From NCBI GenBank assembly GCA_023150835.1, contig JAKLKB010000016.1, positions 50,003-70,002 on the forward strand: DNA of 20,000 nucleotides. Reading direction: 5' to 3'. Below, piece after piece: positions 16,289-20,000 of this stretch. The DNA comes from Myxococcota bacterium. GTDB taxonomy: Bacteria > Myxococcota_C > UBA6777. The number at the start of each line of letters is the position of its first letter. The first letter of the stretch is position 1. The translations under genes and the position numbers were made by a program. The notes beneath the pieces were generated by a model. It ran no database searches and was not told the origin of the DNA. It was given only the letters and a program-made list of their open reading frames with translations.

Positions 16289-18211
16289 ATGACGAACGCA
16301 ACTTCTGCTTATGAAGATCTTTGGATCTGTGCTCAATGCGGCCACCGAAGCCCAGAAGAACAAGAGATCTGCCCTGCCTGCAAAAAAACCAGCGATCCGC
16401 GCATCGGCAAGATCATCGCGGGTACTTATCGGCTGATACGCAAACTGGCTCAAGGAGGGATGGGATCGGTTTATCTTGCCGAACATACACAACTCAAAAA
16501 TAAGAAATTGCGTGCCGTCAAGCTGGTCCACGATCAATGGCTCCAAGATGTGAAGATGCGACAACGCTTCTTACGCGAAGTTGAAGTGACACACCTCGTC
16601 AGCCAAGAAACAGAACATATCGTCCATATCCATGATGCTTATGGATTTGAAGAGGGTGTCGGATACTACGTGATGGAGTATTTGGAAGGCATCACTCTCG
16701 AAGAACGCCTCCAACAGCATCCTTGCGGTGCGTCTTTGCTATGGACAAGAAAAATCCTTTTACAGATCTGCGAAGCAATGCAGATCGTTCACGAAAAAGG
16801 TCTGATCCACCGCGATCTCAAACCTGCCAACATCTTCCTAATCCAAAAGCGCGGAGAAGACTTCACAAAGATCGTCGACTTTGGGATCGCCAAACCCCTT
16901 GAAGCCACCGCCAACGTCACCAATCAAGGGGCCATCGTTGGAACGCCTGCCTATATCTCTCCAGAACAAATCCACCTTCGAAATGAAAAAAACCTTGATC
17001 GACGCTGCGATATCTATTCTTTAGGTATCATCTTCTTTGAGATGGTGACAGGACGCACACCGTTCTTGTTGTCTCAAACAAGCAGCCCGCTGGCACTTCC
17101 GCAGATCTTAACTTCCCATCTGATGGAAGCCCCTCCGCTTCCCGCTCAGTTTCGTCCCTCTATTCCGACGGAATGGGAGTCTCTCATCTTGCGTATGCTT
17201 TCCAAATCGCCTTCTGACCGCCCCCAAACGATGAAAGAAGTGGCAGAAGCCTTGCTGTCCTTGCCCACACCCAAACAAGACGTCCCTGCCTCTTTCGACA
17301 TCGCTCGTGCCGAAACTTTTATAGGAGAAATCCCCAAATTCTCGACCCAATCCAGCTTCCCTTCCCCTTTACCGATCTCGGCGAAGGAGTCCGGTGTATC
17401 CTCCCCTTTGCAATCGCTCTCGGCCCCACCCACAGCCCGCGCCACCGACGAATCTTCCGTTTATTCGCCCCAGTCTCCGCCTTCCACCAACGCCGTGTTT
17501 GAGGATGTTCGATTCAGATTTCCCGACGAATCTTCCGTTTATTCGCCCCAGTCTCCGCCTTCCACCCCACTCAAGCCTGCTCCGCAACGCTCATGGTTCG
17601 GCTTCGGGAGACTCTTTTTCCTTGCATGTTGTGCCTCGGCAGGCTTCTTTTTGTGGCAAGAGATGTCCCCCCCCCAACACATCCCGCCCCAAAATCGCCT
17701 TGCACCGTCTGCAAATCGCCCCCCTGTCGTTTCCCCCTCCCCTTCTGCAACCCCACATCCCCCCACCCCATCAGCCTCCAATCAAACAGATCGAAAAACT
17801 CCCGCTCCACTTTTTTCCAACAACGAACCGCAGAGATCACCCGATAAGGACACAAAAAAAGCATCTCCTCCCTCTGTGCAATCCACCCCCACACAACCGA
17901 CCCAACCAGTCCCACCGAAGAAACGGCTCTGGGTCAAGATCCCTTTCGAGCTTCCTGCTCAACATCGCCTTCGGGTCGTTTCAGGAAACGACTCTGTGCG
18001 TGTTCAAAAAAAAGCGATTCTCTTACGTCAAGGACGTCCTATAAAACTTGAACTTCTCCATATCAGCGGACAACGACTTGGCTATCATCCTTGCATTTTT
18101 CAACTCTCTGACGCAACCCAACAGATCAAAGTCACCCCCTTGTTGAGCGCAGAGGAATTCAAACCCGATCGGATCGACTATTGCTTCAAGTCCGCGCCCG
18201 AAAAGGACTAA
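16289..18211 (+). CDS. Hanks-type Ser/Thr protein kinase, tandem paralog of 14137..16017
   Basis: ATG 16289 after AGGTG preferred over 16247. CAQC..CPAC; GGMGSVY, HRDLKPAN, DFG, GTPAYISPE; TM LFFLACCASAGFFLW; homologous C-terminal domain. Confidence 0.95.
   Translation: MTNATSAYEDLWICAQCGHRSPEEQEICPACKKTSDPRIGKIIAGTYRLIRKLAQGGMGSVYLAEHTQLKNKKLRAVKLVHDQWLQDVKMRQRFLREVEVTHLVSQETEHIVHIHDAYGFEEGVGYYVMEYLEGITLEERLQQHPCGASLLWTRKILLQICEAMQIVHEKGLIHRDLKPANIFLIQKRGEDFTKIVDFGIAKPLEATANVTNQGAIVGTPAYISPEQIHLRNEKNLDRRCDIYSLGIIFFEMVTGRTPFLLSQTSSPLALPQILTSHLMEAPPLPAQFRPSIPTEWESLILRMLSKSPSDRPQTMKEVAEALLSLPTPKQDVPASFDIARAETFIGEIPKFSTQSSFPSPLPISAKESGVSSPLQSLSAPPTARATDESSVYSPQSPPSTNAVFEDVRFRFPDESSVYSPQSPPSTPLKPAPQRSWFGFGRLFFLACCASAGFFLWQEMSPPQHIPPQNRLAPSANRPPVVSPSPSATPHPPTPSASNQTDRKTPAPLFSNNEPQRSPDKDTKKASPPSVQSTPTQPTQPVPPKKRLWVKIPFELPAQHRLRVVSGNDSVRVQKKAILLRQGRPIKLELLHISGQRLGYHPCIFQLSDATQQIKVTPLLSAEEFKPDRIDYCFKSAPEKD
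17445..17566 (+). repeat. Exact 44-bp intragenic direct repeat (DESSVYSPQSPPST x2)
   Basis: 17445-17488 and 17523-17566 are identical, with a 78-bp period. Confidence 0.9.
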
Positions 18212-18247
18212 GCCGCTCTGATCAACTCAACCCACATGGAGGCAAAT

Positions 18248-18640
18248 ATGACCATCGCTTGTGCAGCGTGCAAAAAACAGATCCAAGAAAGCCAAAGCAA
18301 TTACAACGACGCTGGAGAGCAAGTCTGCGATTCTTGCTTTGAACAAGAAGATCTCCAAAAAAATATGCTCAAAGGATTCCATCAAGTAGCGAGCGGTTCT
18401 TTTTCTGTGAGCGTTCTTTCTTTCTTTTTCAATCCTTTTTTTATTCTCTCGATCATCGCGATATCATCGGGTTTGCAAACCATCCGCATCTTCTTCTCCA
18501 AAGAAAAAGATTACGTCATCGATGCAAAAGGCCAAGCGGGTTATCTGATCCTTGCGTGCCTTGGTATCTTGATAGGTCTATTGCCTTTTGTTCAGGTGTT
18601 TCTGGCTCTCGCACTTGGAACTTCCGCCACGCAGCAGTAA
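18248..18640 (+). CDS. Small membrane protein with an N-terminal CxxC..CxxC Zn finger
   Basis: CAAC...CDSC followed by two long hydrophobic segments; GGAGG precedes ATG 18248 (the ORF track starts at 18236). Confidence 0.8.
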   Translation: MTIACAACKKQIQESQSNYNDAGEQVCDSCFEQEDLQKNMLKGFHQVASGSFSVSVLSFFFNPFFILSIIAISSGLQTIRIFFSKEKDYVIDAKGQAGYLILACLGILIGLLPFVQVFLALALGTSATQQ

Positions 18641-18700
18641 ATACGCAAAAATATTTCTGTTGAAACCCACGAAAGCCACACAGCCAAGACAGGAGACGAT

Positions 18701-19699
18701 ATGACGAAGAAGTCCTTTACGATGGTTTTTTCTTGTGTTTTAGGTTTTCTCCTGTGCGGCATCGCATCGGGGTGTACCGCTGCTCAGACGACGCAAGATT
18801 CGCAAGATTCGCAAAAGTCCACGCAGGCTCTCCGTTTGGAAGAGTCTACGCAAACTCTCCCAAAAGATGTTTACTCCACAAAGCAACTTCAGATAATTGA
18901 GCGGGAGGAGTCCCAAATCCTGCTCCTCCGCCAGATCATCGCAGAAACCCCACCTCACCAAAAGGCAGACCTGTTGTTTCGGCTGGCCGAGCATTACATG
19001 GATCTGGTTCGCCACTTTGCAAGCACCCAACGCCATGCAGAGCATCCTGCCATCCTCGAAAAATCTCGAACGGCTCGCCGCAATGTTGTGCGCATTTATT
19101 TCTACCTCGCTCAAAATTACCCCGAATACAGCCGATTGTGCGAAGTTCACTACTTTATGGGGAAGACTTTGTTTGAACTCAACGAGAAGCCGACGGCTCT
19201 CAAGGTCTTTCAATCCTTGCTACGCAAGTTCTCTCGCGATTGCCCTCGTTTTCGATGGATCGCAAACACCCATGCCCAAATAGGAGATATCTTCTTTGAG
19301 CAAGAGAACTACTCTCAAGCAGAGCAATCCTACCAGCAAGTGCTGGCGCTCAAAAAGAGCCCGTTGGTGGGCTACGCACTCCACAAAATCGCTAGGTGCG
19401 CGATGAATCAAAAGCGCTATCCGCTTGCCCTTTCACAGTTCGCGCAAGCCATCGATTGGGCTCAAAAAGCGGTTCCTCGCACGACTGCGGAACAAACAAG
19501 ACGGGATCGATTGCTCGATGAGTCTTTGAAAGACTATGTTTTCGCCTTCAGCCACGCGGGGCAACCCAAAGAGGCAAAAGCGCTGTTTCCGCAAATCGGT
19601 GGTAAGCAGTACGCACCCAAAATGCTCTCCTTTCTCAAGGAAATCTATCAAAACCAAAAGAAACATCAAGCCCTCGCAGAGTTGGAGCGCTCCCACTAA
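18701..19699 (+). CDS. Tetratricopeptide-repeat lipoprotein, resembling the N-terminal part of myxobacterial gliding TPR proteins (AgmU/GltD-like)
   Basis: 332 aa, AGGAG RBS, lipobox ASG|C, TPR patterns (LLFRLAEHY, VHYFMGKTLF, AQIGDIFF..NYSQAEQSY). The AgmU resemblance is from memory, not a search. Confidence 0.8.
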   Translation: MTKKSFTMVFSCVLGFLLCGIASGCTAAQTTQDSQDSQKSTQALRLEESTQTLPKDVYSTKQLQIIEREESQILLLRQIIAETPPHQKADLLFRLAEHYMDLVRHFASTQRHAEHPAILEKSRTARRNVVRIYFYLAQNYPEYSRLCEVHYFMGKTLFELNEKPTALKVFQSLLRKFSRDCPRFRWIANTHAQIGDIFFEQENYSQAEQSYQQVLALKKSPLVGYALHKIARCAMNQKRYPLALSQFAQAIDWAQKAVPRTTAEQTRRDRLLDESLKDYVFAFSHAGQPKEAKALFPQIGGKQYAPKMLSFLKEIYQNQKKHQALAELERSH

Positions 19700-19860
19700 C
19701 AGACGGTCTTTTCGAGCAAAAAGCTGATTTCTCATTTCACCAACATCGTAAGTCAGTATCGCTTGATTTTTGTAACTTTGGTGCTTGAGCAGCAAGGTTC
19801 TTCGGGGTCCGTTCAAACCAACGCCATGAGAGAGGTATCAAGATGCAACACATTTCAGCA

Positions 19861-19938
19861 AGGGCAACCACACCTGGTTGCCCCTACGTGTTGGAAATCA
19901 CACGGTGTTTCGTAGGGGCAGGCCCCCGTGCCTGCCCT
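19861..19938. repeat. Inverted pair of GTAG-type REPs (REPIN/BIME-like doublet)
   Basis: AGGGCAACCACACCTGGTTGCCCCTAC (19861-19887, REP on the minus strand) and GTAGGGGCAGGCCCCCGTGCCTGCCCT (19912-19938), each a hairpin, 24 bp apart. Confidence 0.8.
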
Positions 19939-20000
19939 CGATCTGTTGCGTCGGTGACCTCTTCATCGCCATCTTTTTTGAACGAACCCGTTCTTCGGGC

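Noticed and set aside
19433-20000. Minus-strand ORF 19433..19816 and short frames at the right edge
   Set aside because: It overlaps the TPR gene antisense; the other frames run through REP hairpins and show no recognisable product.

Overview
Accessory, cell-surface and signalling region of a probably Myxococcota-like bacterium (inferred from gene content). The left half holds two divergent clusters of paralogous cysteine-rich lipoproteins with collagen-like Gly-X-Y stalks: at least 3 on the minus strand (the first runs off the left edge and is missing from the ORF track) and 3 on the plus strand. They are followed by a lipoprotein with seven CxGxDxDCDGxxD (MopE-type) repeats. The right half holds a small exported protein and a lipoprotein, an FHA-domain sigma54 enhancer-binding protein with a DAFTGA loop, two paralogous Zn-ribbon/transmembrane Ser/Thr kinases, a Zn-finger membrane protein and a TPR lipoprotein. 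The non-coding DNA contains two correctly spaced sigma54 -24/-12 promoters, a recurring 16-bp palindromic motif (GTRCWYGATCRWGYAC) in three intergenic regions, two copies of a 116-bp MITE with target-site duplications and an internal GTAG REP, a 109-nt rod-like hairpin, a 38/39-bp tandem array and a REP doublet. Together these suggest (inference) a kinase -> FHA activator -> sigma54 circuit controlling a diversified surface-lipoprotein family.
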